Assembly (NCBI RefSeq): GCF_050920415.1 | Contig: NZ_CP169309.1 | Origin: Escherichia coli | GTDB lineage: Bacteria > Pseudomonadota > Gammaproteobacteria > Enterobacterales > Enterobacteriaceae | Strand: one strand, 5' to 3' | DNA length: 64,000 nt | Shown here: positions 1 to 10,355 of the stretch, one piece after another | How the letters are laid out: each line of letters begins with the position of its first letter | How positions within the stretch are numbered: position 1 is the stretch's first letter | The notes under the pieces: model-generated | The model's database searches: none | Told to the model about the DNA's origin: nothing | Seen by the model: only the letters and a program-made list of their open reading frames with translations | Program-made: the position numbers and the translations under genes

Positions 1-313
1 GGCTGCGACCATTGGCCCCAACATCAGCGAAGTCACATCGCCGACGCCGCCGGTCGAGTGTTTATCAACAATCGGGCCATTCAGATGCAGGCTTTTCCAG
101 TCGAGAACGGTTCCTGAATCTCGCATCGCCATCGTCAGCGAGACACGCTCCGGCATTGTCATATCGTGGAAGAAAATGGTCATCGCGAGGGCGGCAATCT
201 GCCCTTCGGAGATAGTGTTGTCGCGAATACCGTTGATAAAGAAGCGAATTTCTTCATCGCTCAGCGCATGACCATCACGTTTTTTACGAATAATTTCTTG
301 TGCGAGAAACAAG
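1..313 (-). CDS. deoA: thymidine phosphorylase, 5' part (partial, runs off window start)
   Basis: Minus-strand translation from a TTG at 311-313 gives [31 protein letters not shown]..., matching DeoA; downstream of deoC in the deo operon order. Confidence 0.8.
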
Positions 314-404
314 GTAACCTCCCGTGGAATAAGTTTGAAGGCGTTGTTGCCAGATGGCGGATGTTGTTATTGCCTGATGCTGACCGCTTCTTATCCTGCC
401 TACA

Positions 405-460
405 CGGCAATCGTCCCGTAGGCCGGATAAGGCGTTCGCGCCGCATCCGGCATCCACCCT
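405..460. repeat. REP (repetitive extragenic palindrome) element
   Basis: gccggataaggcgttcgcgccgcatccggca palindromic unit between deoC stop and deoA start. Confidence 0.5.
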
Positions 461-475
461 CTGGCAAAAGGCAGC

Positions 476-1255
476 TTAGTAGCTGCTGGCGCTCTTACCG
501 TCGCCGTGGCCCAGCGCTTTCAGCAGGCTTGCCAGCAGGCTGGAAGCACCAAAGCGGTAGTGACGCGCATCAGCCCAGTCAGCACCGAACAGTTCATCTG
601 CGATGGCAAGATATTTCTGCGCATCTTCCGCAGTACGCACGCCGCCCGCCGGTTTGAAACCAACGGTTTTTTCTACGCCCATGTCGCGAATCACTTCCAT
701 CATGATGCGCGCGCTTTCCGGCGTCGCATTCACAGCCACTTTACCGGTAGAGGTTTTGATGAAATCAGCACCCGCTTTGATGGATATTTCAGACGCTTTG
801 CGGATCAGCGCTTCGTCTTTCAGTTCGCCGGTTTCGATGATCACTTTCAGCAGTACATTCGCTGCCGCGCAAGCCTCTTTACAGGCTTTCACCAGGTCAA
901 AACCTACCTGCTCGTTACCCGCCATCAGCGCACGGTACGGGAACACCACATCAACTTCATCGGCACCGTAGGCGATTGCCGCGCGGGTTTCGGCCAGCGC
1001 GATTTCGATATCGTCGTTACCGTGTGGGAAGTTGGTTACCGTAGCGATACGGATTTCCGGGGTACCCTGCTCTTTCAGCGTTTTGCGAGCAATTGGGATA
1101 AAGCGAGGATAGATACAGATAGCGGCGGTATTGCCGACCGGAGTTTTGGCCTGATGACACAGGGCGATCACTTTCTCGTCGGTGTCGTCGTCATTCAGGG
1201 TGGTCAGGTCCATCAATTTCAGTGCACGCAGGCTGCTTGCTTTCAGATCAGTCAT
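476..1255 (-). CDS. deoC: deoxyribose-phosphate aldolase
   Basis: 259-aa product [52 protein letters not shown]... is the recognisable DeoC sequence; real start is M9 of the 267-aa ORF. Confidence 0.95.
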
Positions 1256-1513
1256 TTCATTCTCCTGGCTTGTCGCCAATAAAATTCACCTTGCGAGTTT
1301 GTTAGTATTCTAACATCGACTCCGCAACACACTTCGATATACATCACAATTAAGGAAATCTACTTACAAAATTGCATTACTGTAATGCGATCTGGTTCAA
1401 ATAATTCACTTTCAAATGAATGCGTCAGTGGTGGCAAACGCATCAGGATCAAAGTGAACATCACGAAACTTCTTACAATGGCGCATCACCTTCGGCATAA
1501 AAAGGAACAGAAG

Positions 1514-3064
1514 ATGCCCACTTCTCATGAAAATGCACTGCAACAACGTTGCCAGCAAATTGTCACCAGCTCAGTACTTAGCCCGGAGCAGAAGCGCCAT
1601 TTTCTGGCGCTGGAAGCAGAAAACAATCTGCCTTACCCACAGCTTCCTGCCGAAGCCCGCCGCGCGCTGGATGAAGGTGTAATCTGCGATATGTTTGAAG
1701 GTCATGCGCCGTATAAACCGCGCTATGTCTTACCCGATTACGCCCGTTTTTTGGCCAACGGTTCCGAATGGCTGGAGCTGGAAGGCGCAAAAGATCTTGA
1801 TGACGCACTCTCTCTGCTGACCATTCTTTACCACCACGTTCCTTCGGTCACATCGATGCCGGTCTACCTGGGGCAACTGGATGCGTTGTTGCAACCGTAT
1901 GTTAGAATTCTAACACAAGACGAGATCGATATTCGAATAAAACGTTTCTGGCGTTACCTCGACAGAACCCTGCCAGACGCCTTTATGCACGCCAATATTG
2001 GCCCATCTGATTCACCCATTACCCGTGCGATTTTACGCGCAGACGCAGAGCTGAAGCAGGTTTCACCGAACCTGACTTTTATCTACGATCCTGAAATCAC
2101 CCCTGATGACCTGCTGCTGGAAGTGGCGAAAAACATCTGTGAATGTAGCAAACCGCACATCGCCAACGGTCCCGTGCATGATAAAATTTTCACAAAAGGG
2201 AGCTACGGGATTGTGAGCTGTTACAACTCACTGCCGTTAGCGGGTGGTGGCAGTACGCTGGTACGCCTCAACCTGAAAGCCATTGCCGAGCGCAGTGAAT
2301 CGCTGGATGACTTCTTTACGCGCACTCTACCGCACTACTGCCAGCAGCAAATCGCCATCATCGATGCGCGGTGTGAATTCCTCTATCAACAATCACACTT
2401 CTTTGAGAATAGCTTCCTGGTGAAAGAAGGGCTGATTAACCCTGAACGTTTTGTGCCAATGTTTGGCATGTATGGGCTGGCGGAAGCGGTTAACTTGCTG
2501 TGTGAAAAAGAAGGAATTGCCGCACGTTACGGTAAAGAAGCCGCCGCAAATGAAGTGGGTTATCGCATTAGCGCGCAACTGGCGGAGTTTGTCGCCAATA
2601 CCCCCGTGAAATATGGCTGGCAAAAACGCGCCATGTTACACGCACAGTCGGGGATAAGTTCCGATATCGGCACCACGCCGGGCGCGCGTTTGCCGTATGG
2701 CGATGAGCCAGATCCGATCACCCATCTGCAAACTGTCGCCCCGCATCATGCTTATTATTATTCCGGCATCAGCGACATTTTGACGCTCGACGAAACCATC
2801 AAACGTAATCCGCAGGCGCTGGTACAGCTTTGCCTCGGTGCCTTTAAAGCCGGAATGCGTGAATTTACCGCCAATGTCAGCGGTAACGATCTGGTTCGCG
2901 TTACCGGTTATATGGTGCGTTTGTCGGATTTAGAAAAATATCGTGCCGAAGGTTCACGTACCAATACCACCTGGCTGGGAGAAGAAGCCGCACGCAACAC
3001 TCGTATTCTGGAACGCCAGCCGCGCGTTATAAGCCATGAACAGCAGATGCGCTTTAGTCAGTAA
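1514..3064 (+). CDS. yjjI: glycyl-radical-enzyme-like protein YjjI (PFL-like)
   Basis: 516-aa product starting [15 protein letters not shown]; synteny with yjjW activase. Confidence 0.85.
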   Translation: MPTSHENALQQRCQQIVTSSVLSPEQKRHFLALEAENNLPYPQLPAEARRALDEGVICDMFEGHAPYKPRYVLPDYARFLANGSEWLELEGAKDLDDALSLLTILYHHVPSVTSMPVYLGQLDALLQPYVRILTQDEIDIRIKRFWRYLDRTLPDAFMHANIGPSDSPITRAILRADAELKQVSPNLTFIYDPEITPDDLLLEVAKNICECSKPHIANGPVHDKIFTKGSYGIVSCYNSLPLAGGGSTLVRLNLKAIAERSESLDDFFTRTLPHYCQQQIAIIDARCEFLYQQSHFFENSFLVKEGLINPERFVPMFGMYGLAEAVNLLCEKEGIAARYGKEAAANEVGYRISAQLAEFVANTPVKYGWQKRAMLHAQSGISSDIGTTPGARLPYGDEPDPITHLQTVAPHHAYYYSGISDILTLDETIKRNPQALVQLCLGAFKAGMREFTANVSGNDLVRVTGYMVRLSDLEKYRAEGSRTNTTWLGEEAARNTRILERQPRVISHEQQMRFSQ

Positions 3065-3899
3065 GATTATCCCCTTCTCCTGCGTTGACGGGCCAGGCAG
3101 TCGTCTGGCTCTGTTTTTACAGGGCTGCAATCTGCGCTGCAAAAACTGTCACAATCCGTGGACGATGGGGCGCTGTAATGATTGCGGTAAGTGCGTGCCA
3201 CAGTGTCCGCATCAGGCGTTGCAGATTATTAACAGCAAAGTAGTGTGGAACGCAGCCGTCTGCGAGCAGTGTGATACCTGTCTGAAGATGTGTCCGCAAC
3301 ATGCCACGCCGATGGCGCAATCCATGAGCGTGGATGAGGTGCTTAGACATATCCGCAAAGCGGTGCTGTTTATCGAAGGGATAACGGTAAGCGGCGGCGA
3401 AGCCACGACCCAGCTGCCGTTTGTGGTGGCGCTGTTTACTGCCATCAAAAACGATCCGCAACTGTGCCATCTCACCTGTCTGGTGGACAGTAACGGCATG
3501 TTGAGCGAAACCGGCTGGGAAAAATTACTCCCAGTGTGCGACGGCGCGATGCTCGACCTCAAAGCGTGGGGTGGCGCGTGCCATCAACAGCTAACCGGAC
3601 GCGATAATCAGCAGATCAAGCGCAGCATTAGTCTGCTTGCCGAGCGCGGCAAACTGGCAGAACTGCGTTTGCTGGTAATCCCAGGCCACGTGGATTATTT
3701 GCAGCATATCGATGAGCTGGCGGCGTTTATCAAGGGTCTTGGCGATGTTCCGGTACGCCTGAACGCGTTTCATGCTCACGGCGTGTATGGCGAGGCGCAA
3801 AGCTGGGCGAGCGCCACGCCGGAAGACGTTGAGCAATTGGCTGATGCGTTACGGGAGCACGGGGTGAGCCGATTAATATTTCCGGCGCTGTATTTGTGA
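3036..3899 (+). CDS. yjjW: glycyl-radical enzyme activating protein (radical SAM, ferredoxin-type Cys clusters)
   Basis: CKNCHNPW radical-SAM Cys motif plus two CxxCxxC clusters; overlaps yjjI end. Confidence 0.85.
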   Translation: MNSRCALVSKIIPFSCVDGPGSRLALFLQGCNLRCKNCHNPWTMGRCNDCGKCVPQCPHQALQIINSKVVWNAAVCEQCDTCLKMCPQHATPMAQSMSVDEVLRHIRKAVLFIEGITVSGGEATTQLPFVVALFTAIKNDPQLCHLTCLVDSNGMLSETGWEKLLPVCDGAMLDLKAWGGACHQQLTGRDNQQIKRSISLLAERGKLAELRLLVIPGHVDYLQHIDELAAFIKGLGDVPVRLNAFHAHGVYGEAQSWASATPEDVEQLADALREHGVSRLIFPALYL

Positions 3900-3900
3900 C

Positions 3901-4125
3901 ATGGCGGATGCAGCCTACGGTTCGGCACAGACCTGTAGGCATGATAAGACGCGTCAGCGTCGCATCAGGCATTGTGCGTCGACTGCCGGATGCGGTGTGA
4001 CGCCTTATCCGGCTTACGGTTCGGCACAGACTTGTAGGCATGATAAGACGCGTCAGCGTCGCATCAGGCATTGTGCGTCGACTGCCGGATGCGGTGTGAA
4101 CGCCTTATCCGGCTTACGAAGGGCA
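3901..4125. repeat. tandem BIME/REP cluster (two ~108-bp direct copies)
   Basis: gcctacggttcggcacagacctgtaggcatgataagacgcgtcagcgtcgcatcaggcattgtgcgtcgactgccggatgcggtgtgacgccttatccggcttacg repeated twice. Confidence 0.7.
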
Positions 4126-4127
4126 GA

Positions 4128-4910
4128 CTACCCACGAACGTTAAACACCGCATACGTGTTATTAAGCAACACTTCGGCAATCTCATCCGCGGGTTCCGGG
4201 CGTAACTCGCACAGCACGGCAAACACACGGGCGGCCTGTTCAGGGCGATTAGGCTGCCCCTGAAAACCATTGAGCGGCATATCTGGTGCGTCGGTCTCCA
4301 GCAACATCGATGCCAGCGGCAGCTTTGCGATGACATCGCGGGTTTTACTGGCGCGTGGATAGGTGATAGTACCGCCTACGCCAATTTTGTAGCCCAGCTG
4401 CACAAACCGTTCGGCCTGTTGCAGGCTGCCAGAAAAACCATGAACCACACCAGTGCGTGGCAAATTTTGGCGTTTAAGATGCATCGCCAGTTTGTCGTGC
4501 GTGCGCCGTGAATGAAGGATCACCGGCAGATCGTAGCGTTTCGCCAGTTTCAGTTGTTCATCAAGCAACCACTGCTGCCTCTCAAATTGCGGATCGTCAC
4601 CAAAGAGATCCAGGCCGATCTCCCCCACCGCCACCACCTTCGTCGGACGTCTTCCCAACGCCTGCTGTAACTGATCCAGCGATGCATCGTTATGTTTTTC
4701 CAACATCCCCGGATGGAACCCTAAAGCGGCATACAGCGGTTGATAATTTTCCGCTAACGCCTGCACGCGGGCAAAATTTGCCGCCTCGGTGGCCGGAACA
4801 ATGATCTTGCCTACGCCCGCTTGTGCCGCGCGTTGCAGGCTGGCCTCTTCATCGCCACTAAACGGCGGGAAATCAAAATGGCAGTGGGTGTCGATAAAAC
4901 GGCAAATCAA
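4128..4910 (-). CDS. yjjV: TatD-family metal-dependent DNase
   Basis: MICRFIDTHCHFDFPPF... HxH motif typical of TatD hydrolases; 260 aa. Confidence 0.85.
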   Translation of the reverse strand: MICRFIDTHCHFDFPPFSGDEEASLQRAAQAGVGKIIVPATEAANFARVQALAENYQPLYAALGFHPGMLEKHNDASLDQLQQALGRRPTKVVAVGEIGLDLFGDDPQFERQQWLLDEQLKLAKRYDLPVILHSRRTHDKLAMHLKRQNLPRTGVVHGFSGSLQQAERFVQLGYKIGVGGTITYPRASKTRDVIAKLPLASMLLETDAPDMPLNGFQGQPNRPEQAARVFAVLCELRPEPADEIAEVLLNNTYAVFNVRG

Positions 4911-5980
4911 GCCAAATCCTCATTGTTAAATGTCGGGTCGTTCGCCTGTGGAGCGTCTATCACCTCGGTAACCAGCGTATCGTTGGCGACGGGTGCAGGC
5001 GGAATAACGATCGACTCCGGCGTCACCACCGGCACCAGATGGCGGCTCAGCGGCGCTTTTTCAGTCAATAACTTACCGACCGTTGCCAGAAAATAACGCC
5101 CGCATAAACGCCCAAGTTTATAGTCTTCACGCAGCGCCGGAATCCGACTGCCGAGCGCGATACTATGTAATGGCTTCGGCGGATAAATTTCGAATATCCT
5201 CAACTGGCCCGGTGGTTTCTCAATAAATTGCTGAATCTCACGATAGCTGGTTTCATGATGCTGCACCAGATTGACCAGCGGCTGCAGGCTACTGTCACCC
5301 AGCCAGCGTTCCATGCGTTTGAACCACTGCGGCGTATAGTACATTTGTGACGGCACAGTGCGGATAACGACCAACGTTTTTGCGCCCTGCCTTGCCGCCT
5401 CTTTAACCGGGATCGCATCACTGATCCCGCCATCCAGGTAATTAATGCCTTCCAGCGACACTCCGCTACGATAAAAGCCAGGTATTGCACTGGAGGCGCG
5501 AATCACATCCAGCCAGTTTTGTTTGGTTGGTAAAAAGTAATTCGGCGCGTAGTCATCCTGACGACAGGCGCACATATAAAACGATTTGCCGCTGTCAAAT
5601 AGCCGCGCTGCGGTGTCCATTTGCAACGGCATCTGGCTTGCGGTGGCCTCCACCAGCCAGTCGAGATCGATAAGATTTCCTCCACGGACAAAGCGCAATG
5701 GATCGAAAAATTCGCGTTTTGTGGTATAGCGCATGATGACTTTGCGCGCGTAACCGGGCTGATTGCAGATATACGCCGAGAGGTTCTGCGCCCCGGCAGA
5801 TGTGCCGAGATAAAGATCGAAAGGATTAAACTGCGCGCGCATAAACTCATCCAGCACGCCAGCTGTGAAAATTCCACGCTGCCCGCCGCCTTCGCACACC
5901 AGAGCTATTCGTCCAGGCTGGAACGGCCTTAGCGACAACGGCGCAATATTACCAAGCGTTACAGGTATTCGCTGCCCCAC
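4907..5980 (-). CDS. yjjU: patatin-like phospholipase
   Basis: GGGQRG and GTSAG patatin motifs; GTG start giving MGQRIPVTL; 357 aa. Confidence 0.8.
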   Translation of the reverse strand: MGQRIPVTLGNIAPLSLRPFQPGRIALVCEGGGQRGIFTAGVLDEFMRAQFNPFDLYLGTSAGAQNLSAYICNQPGYARKVIMRYTTKREFFDPLRFVRGGNLIDLDWLVEATASQMPLQMDTAARLFDSGKSFYMCACRQDDYAPNYFLPTKQNWLDVIRASSAIPGFYRSGVSLEGINYLDGGISDAIPVKEAARQGAKTLVVIRTVPSQMYYTPQWFKRMERWLGDSSLQPLVNLVQHHETSYREIQQFIEKPPGQLRIFEIYPPKPLHSIALGSRIPALREDYKLGRLCGRYFLATVGKLLTEKAPLSRHLVPVVTPESIVIPPAPVANDTLVTEVIDAPQANDPTFNNEDLA

Positions 5981-6101
5981 CTCTGCCTTCCTGTTTTTGT
6001 TGTGAAAGAATGACAAAGTAACGCAATTTATTATTCGCTAAAACCGCAAAAGCCAGTCCGCTGGACTGGCTTTGGATAAAATTTTCTTAATGGTCTGAAA
6101 T

Positions 6102-6263
6102 CTAGGGTCGTTTTCGGCCCATGAACAAACTCACCAGGAACAGAATAATCCCGACGACAAAGACAATTTTAGCTGCGCCTGCAGCAGTACCGGCCAGACC
6201 ACCAAACCCAAGTGCGGCGGCGATTAACGCGATAACCAGAAATATGATGCCCCAACGAAACAT
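6102..6263 (-). CDS. ytjA: DUF1328 small membrane protein
   Basis: [53 protein letters not shown], 53 aa. Confidence 0.7.
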
Positions 6264-6391
6264 ATAAGCGTCTCCTTTACCATAGTTAATGTCACCGCTT
6301 GATATGAGCGTGAAAATCACTCAATGCGATATTTTTAGTGTGGTGCACATCGCGCCTCCCGACAAAGTTCGGGAGGACGAATTACGACGAA

Positions 6392-6997
6392 TTACTTAGT
6401 TTTCAGATCATTTTTAACGCTTTTCACACCATCTACCGCTTTGGCGATACTTTCAGCACGGTCACTTTGTGCCTGAGAATCTACGGTACCGGAGAGCTGA
6501 ACCACGCCATCGGTGGTTTCAACTTTCACTTTACGTGAAGGGACGATATCGTCCGCCAGCAGCTTAGCTTTGATTTCACTGGTGGTGGCGGTGTCACCCG
6601 CGTAGCCCTTCACAGAGCCTTCTTTAGCGTCGCGAACGTGCAGTTTGTCGCTGACAGAGGTCACGCCTTCAACGCCTTTCGCCACTTTCACTGCCTCTTC
6701 GGCCTGGGCCTGGCTTTCAACGAAACCGCTCAGGGTCACGACTTTTTGATCGGTTTTGACAGAGATATCGGTGCTCTTGATGTTGTCATGATCCACCAGG
6801 GCCGCCTTCACTTTCGCGGTGATAGCGCTGTCATCCATGAAATTACCGACTTTATTCATAGAGCTATCGACTTTTTGCCCTGCGCTTTCATTGGTTGTCT
6901 GCGCGTTGTTTTCTGCGTAGGCAGAGCCGGTCGCGACGGCAGAGGTCAACATTACAGCCAGCAGAGTTTTCGAAATCTTCAGTCTTGTCATAGTCAT
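6392..6997 (-). CDS. osmY: periplasmic osmotically inducible protein Y (two BON domains)
   Basis: [28 protein letters not shown] signal peptide followed by BON repeats; 201 aa. Confidence 0.9.
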   Translation of the reverse strand: MTMTRLKISKTLLAVMLTSAVATGSAYAENNAQTTNESAGQKVDSSMNKVGNFMDDSAITAKVKAALVDHDNIKSTDISVKTDQKVVTLSGFVESQAQAEEAVKVAKGVEGVTSVSDKLHVRDAKEGSVKGYAGDTATTSEIKAKLLADDIVPSRKVKVETTDGVVQLSGTVDSQAQSDRAESIAKAVDGVKSVKNDLKTK

Positions 6998-7389
6998 CGA
7001 TTTATTCCTGTATGTTTGCTCGTAATTTGAGCCTGGCAACACGAGGTTGCATTGCTGAATAGGGAGAGACTTCACCCTCTACAGAAGTCAACGGTCTCCA
7101 TCACAAAATCGATGGGTGATGAATAACGACCATTACAGCCTCTGAATCAGTTATTAATATCGGTAGAATGACAATCGACGGCTTTAGATACTGATATCTA
7201 CGCATTGAACGGTATTTAACGCCGTCAGAAATGTCATTACTTTGTTAAATATAGATCACAATTTTGAAACCGCTCGGGATATCAGCGAAAACATAAGCAA
7301 AAGTGAATGTTTTAAGAACATTCCGTAAGCGGCTAATAAGGAAGGGAAATTGACAGGGCGCAGCGGCTACCGCGCCCTGGAGGCAAGAA

Positions 7390-8976
7390 TTAATGCTCGC
7401 GAGTCTGGTGGAACTGAACGTCCGGATAACGTTCCTGTGCCAGGCGCAGGTTGACCATGCTGGTAGCGATGTAAGCGAGGTTATCGCCGCCATCAAGCGC
7501 CAGTTGGCTTTCGTTCTTACGCTTGAACTCTTCGAATTTCTTCGCGTCCGCACATTCTACCCAGCGTGCAGTGGCAACGTTGACTGACTCATACACTGCT
7601 TCAACGTTGTATTCGCTCTTCAGGCGCGCTACCACCACATCAAACTGCAGCACACCAACCGCACCAACGATCAGGTCGTTGTTGGAGATCGGACGGAACA
7701 CCTGCACCGCGCCCTCTTCGGAAAGCTGTACCAGCCCTTTGAGCAGCTGTTTTTGCTTCAGCGGATCTTTCAGGCGGATACGACGGAACAGTTCCGGCGC
7801 AAAGTTCGGGATACCGGTGAACTTCATCATCTCACCCTGGGTAAAGGTGTCGCCGATCTGAATAGTGCCGTGGTTGTGCAGACCAAGGATGTCGCCCGGA
7901 TACGCTTCTTCAACATGCGAACGGTCGCCCGCCATAAAGGTCAGCGCGTCGGAGATCACCACATCTTTCGCGGTGCGCACCTGGCGCAGCTTCATACCTT
8001 TTTCATATTTACCAGATACCACACGCATAAACGCCACGCGGTCGCGGTGTTTCGGGTCCATGTTGGCCTGAATTTTAAATACGAAGCCGGTAAATTTATC
8101 TTCGCTCGCCTCTACGATACGGGTATCAGTCTGACGCGGCATCGGCGCAGGTGCCCACTCTACCAGGCCATCCAGCATATGATCGACGCCGAAGTTACCC
8201 AGCGCAGTACCAAAGAACACTGGAGTAATTTCGCCCGCAAGGAACAATTCTTTGTCGAACTCGTTAGACGCGCCTTTCACCAGTTCCAGTTCGTCACGCA
8301 GCTGCTGTGCCAGATCTTCACCAACCGCAGCATCGAGATCCGGGTTATTCAGCCCTTTAACAATACGGACTTCCTGAATGGTGTGACCTTTACCGCTCTG
8401 ATAGAGATAGGTTTCGTCTTTATAAAGGTGGTAAACGCCTTTAAACAGCTTGCCGCAGCCAATCGGCCAGGTGATCGGCGCACAGCCGATTTTCAGCTCG
8501 TTCTCAACTTCATCGAGCAGCTCCATCGGATCGCGGATATCACGGTCAAGTTTGTTCATAAAGGTGAGGATCGGCGTATCGCGCAGACGGGTAACTTCCA
8601 TCAGCTTACGGGTACGATCTTCAACACCTTTTGCGGCGTCGATAACCATCAGGCAGCAGTCCACCGCCGTCAGGGTACGATAGGTATCTTCCGAGAAGTC
8701 TTCGTGCCCGGGGGTGTCGAGCAGGTTAACCAGGCAGTCGTGATACGGAAACTGCATCACAGACGTGGTAATGGAGATCCCACGCTGCTTTTCCATCTCC
8801 ATCCAGTCCGACTTAGCGTGCTGGTTGGAACCACGGCCTTTTACTGTACCGGCAGTCTGAATGGCCTGTCCGAACAGCAGCACCTTCTCGGTGATGGTCG
8901 TTTTACCGGCGTCCGGGTGAGAAATAATTGCAAAGGTTCTTCTTTTCGCTACCTCTGCGGCCAAAAGGCTTGTCAT
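7390..8976 (-). CDS. prfC: peptide chain release factor 3 (hybrid: first ~21 codons supplied by prophage DNA)
   Basis: GTPase motifs [12 protein letters not shown] and DTPGHEDF; N-terminus [15 protein letters not shown] instead of K-12 [16 protein letters not shown]; the att core lies inside codons ~17-22. Confidence 0.9.
   Translation of the reverse strand: MTSLLAAEVAKRRTFAIISHPDAGKTTITEKVLLFGQAIQTAGTVKGRGSNQHAKSDWMEMEKQRGISITTSVMQFPYHDCLVNLLDTPGHEDFSEDTYRTLTAVDCCLMVIDAAKGVEDRTRKLMEVTRLRDTPILTFMNKLDRDIRDPMELLDEVENELKIGCAPITWPIGCGKLFKGVYHLYKDETYLYQSGKGHTIQEVRIVKGLNNPDLDAAVGEDLAQQLRDELELVKGASNEFDKELFLAGEITPVFFGTALGNFGVDHMLDGLVEWAPAPMPRQTDTRIVEASEDKFTGFVFKIQANMDPKHRDRVAFMRVVSGKYEKGMKLRQVRTAKDVVISDALTFMAGDRSHVEEAYPGDILGLHNHGTIQIGDTFTQGEMMKFTGIPNFAPELFRRIRLKDPLKQKQLLKGLVQLSEEGAVQVFRPISNNDLIVGAVGVLQFDVVVARLKSEYNVEAVYESVNVATARWVECADAKKFEEFKRKNESQLALDGGDNLAYIATSMVNLRLAQERYPDVQFHQTREH
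8915..8928. repeat. attL core (gggtgagaaataat)
   Basis: Identical to 56500-56513; joining the outer host flanks gives the uninterrupted K-12 prfC 5' sequence. Confidence 0.65.
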
Positions 8977-8992
8977 AATTGTTGTCTCTTTG

Positions 8993-9110
8993 ATTATGTA
9001 CAATCATATGTACAAAGAAAAATTCATGCCGCTGATTGTACATTTTGGAGGTATCAGAGCATAGCAGAACATGATCAGTAGGTGTATTTGTAGCCAAAGA
9101 ACATTTGTAC
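8993..9110. repeat. Int arm-type-like tgtaca repeats (P' arm)
   Basis: ttatgtacaatcatatgtacaaag, ttgtacatttt, tttgtacatgc; same motif clustered at 56276-56340 next to int. Confidence 0.4.
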
Positions 9111-9136
9111 ATGCAGCAATCTTTACTCTATTGACA

Positions 9137-9180
9137 CTGTTTATTCATACAGTAAAAAATAGTGCTGTATACAAATACAG
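9137..9180 (+). promoter_or_regulatory. two LexA (SOS) boxes overlapping the dinI-like promoter
   Basis: ctgtttattcatacag and ctgtatacaaatacag (CTGT-N8-ACAG); ttgaca -35 at 9131. Confidence 0.65.
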
Positions 9181-9195
9181 TATAGAGGGATTTTT

Positions 9196-9444
9196 ATGCG
9201 TATTGAGATCTGCATAGCCAAAGAGAAAATGACTAAAATGCCAAGCGGTGCTGTTGATGCGTTAAAGGAAGAATTAACTCGGCGCATCAGTAAGCGTTAT
9301 GACGATGTAGAAGTAATCGTAAAAGCCACCAGCAATGACGGGCTTTCTGTTACACGCACCGCAGATAAGGATTCTGCAAAAACATTTGTTCAGGAGACTC
9401 TGAAAGATACTTGGGAGTCTGCTGACGAGTGGTTTGTTCACTAA
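9196..9444 (+). CDS. dinI: DinI-family DNA-damage-inducible protein (phage copy)
   Basis: [31 protein letters not shown]...[11 protein letters not shown] aligns with E. coli DinI along its length. Confidence 0.85.
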   Translation: MRIEICIAKEKMTKMPSGAVDALKEELTRRISKRYDDVEVIVKATSNDGLSVTRTADKDSAKTFVQETLKDTWESADEWFVH

Positions 9445-9696
9445 TAGACACGTAAAATCGGTAACGGCTGGAAATAATTCAATACTCGCACTATCGGAAG
9501 TTCACCAGCCAGCCGCAGCACGTTCTTGCATACGACGTGCCTGCGGTTTCAACTCCCGCCAGCTCCACCACTTTTGATAGGACTGCAACCGGACAGCGGC
9601 AATAAAAACAGCCACTTACGGACACTGACCAGACAGTAAGCGGACTTAAAAAAGACAAAAATATACACGCAAAATGCACGTGCATTTCAAAAAAGC

Positions 9697-9730
9697 CTCT
9701 GATTGTGAAGTCAGAGGCTTTTCTATTTGT
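9697..9730 (+). terminator. rho-independent terminator
   Basis: aagcctctgattgtgaagtcagaggctttt stem-loop plus T tract. Confidence 0.5.
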
Positions 9731-9768
9731 AACTAAGAGTAACAATTCAACATAACGCAACCTACCAA

Positions 9769-10341
9769 TTACGTCACGTCAAACGCTCTGATTGAACGCA
9801 AATCATCCAGATTATTCAGTTGTTCCTTCATCTCGCGCTGGCGTTCGTGGATTTTAAAGCCCTCCGCCACCATGGCCACCATCATGGCATCGTTCAGCGC
9901 AATAAGTTTCTCCCTGGTCAGTATGACGTTGTTATTATCCGCATCAGTCCAGAAAAAACCATCCGGAAGCAGCCCGGCCTGCGCTGTTGCAACCACGGGC
10001 GCAAGGCGTGACTGCGAGGTTTTTCCGCCATCAAAACGACGGCCATCAAACGTGAAAATAAACTCAACGTTTTCCTGACTGTCGCGCCATGCCTCAATTT
10101 CCCGCCTTTTGGCATCCTTTGCCGCTGCAATAAGTTCCGGCGTGACGGTGAACGGGGCGATTTCGCCCCATTTCCCGCTTTGCAGCTCCTGCCAGACATG
10201 CTGGCCTGTCGGGGCCATATCATCCTGTATGGCGGTATACAGGACGAACTCCGTTTCACCTTCAAATAACACCTCGCAGTCAACCGCACCATTTTCAAGA
10301 TAATGCGCGTTTCTGATGCCTTTCACCGCTCTGATTTTCAT
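9769..10341 (-). CDS. tfa: tail fiber assembly protein (Tfa)
   Basis: 190 aa, directly downstream of stf; lambda Tfa-like. Confidence 0.8.
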   Translation of the reverse strand: MKIRAVKGIRNAHYLENGAVDCEVLFEGETEFVLYTAIQDDMAPTGQHVWQELQSGKWGEIAPFTVTPELIAAAKDAKRREIEAWRDSQENVEFIFTFDGRRFDGGKTSQSRLAPVVATAQAGLLPDGFFWTDADNNNVILTREKLIALNDAMMVAMVAEGFKIHERQREMKEQLNNLDDLRSIRAFDVT

Positions 10342-10355
10342 GTCTTATTTCCTTA

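Noticed and set aside
7390-9003. 537-aa prfC ORF starting [10 protein letters not shown]
   Set aside because: N-terminal 8 codons are upstream read-through. The conserved RF3 start aligns to the internal Met at 8976.
8993-9017. First took the ttatgtacaa...catatgtaca repeat (also at 56316-56340) to be the att core
   Set aside because: Both copies are inside phage DNA. The true core is the 14-bp gggtgagaaataat at 8915-8928/56500-56513, which restores the host prfC sequence when the flanks are joined. The tgtaca repeats are more likely arm-type Int sites.
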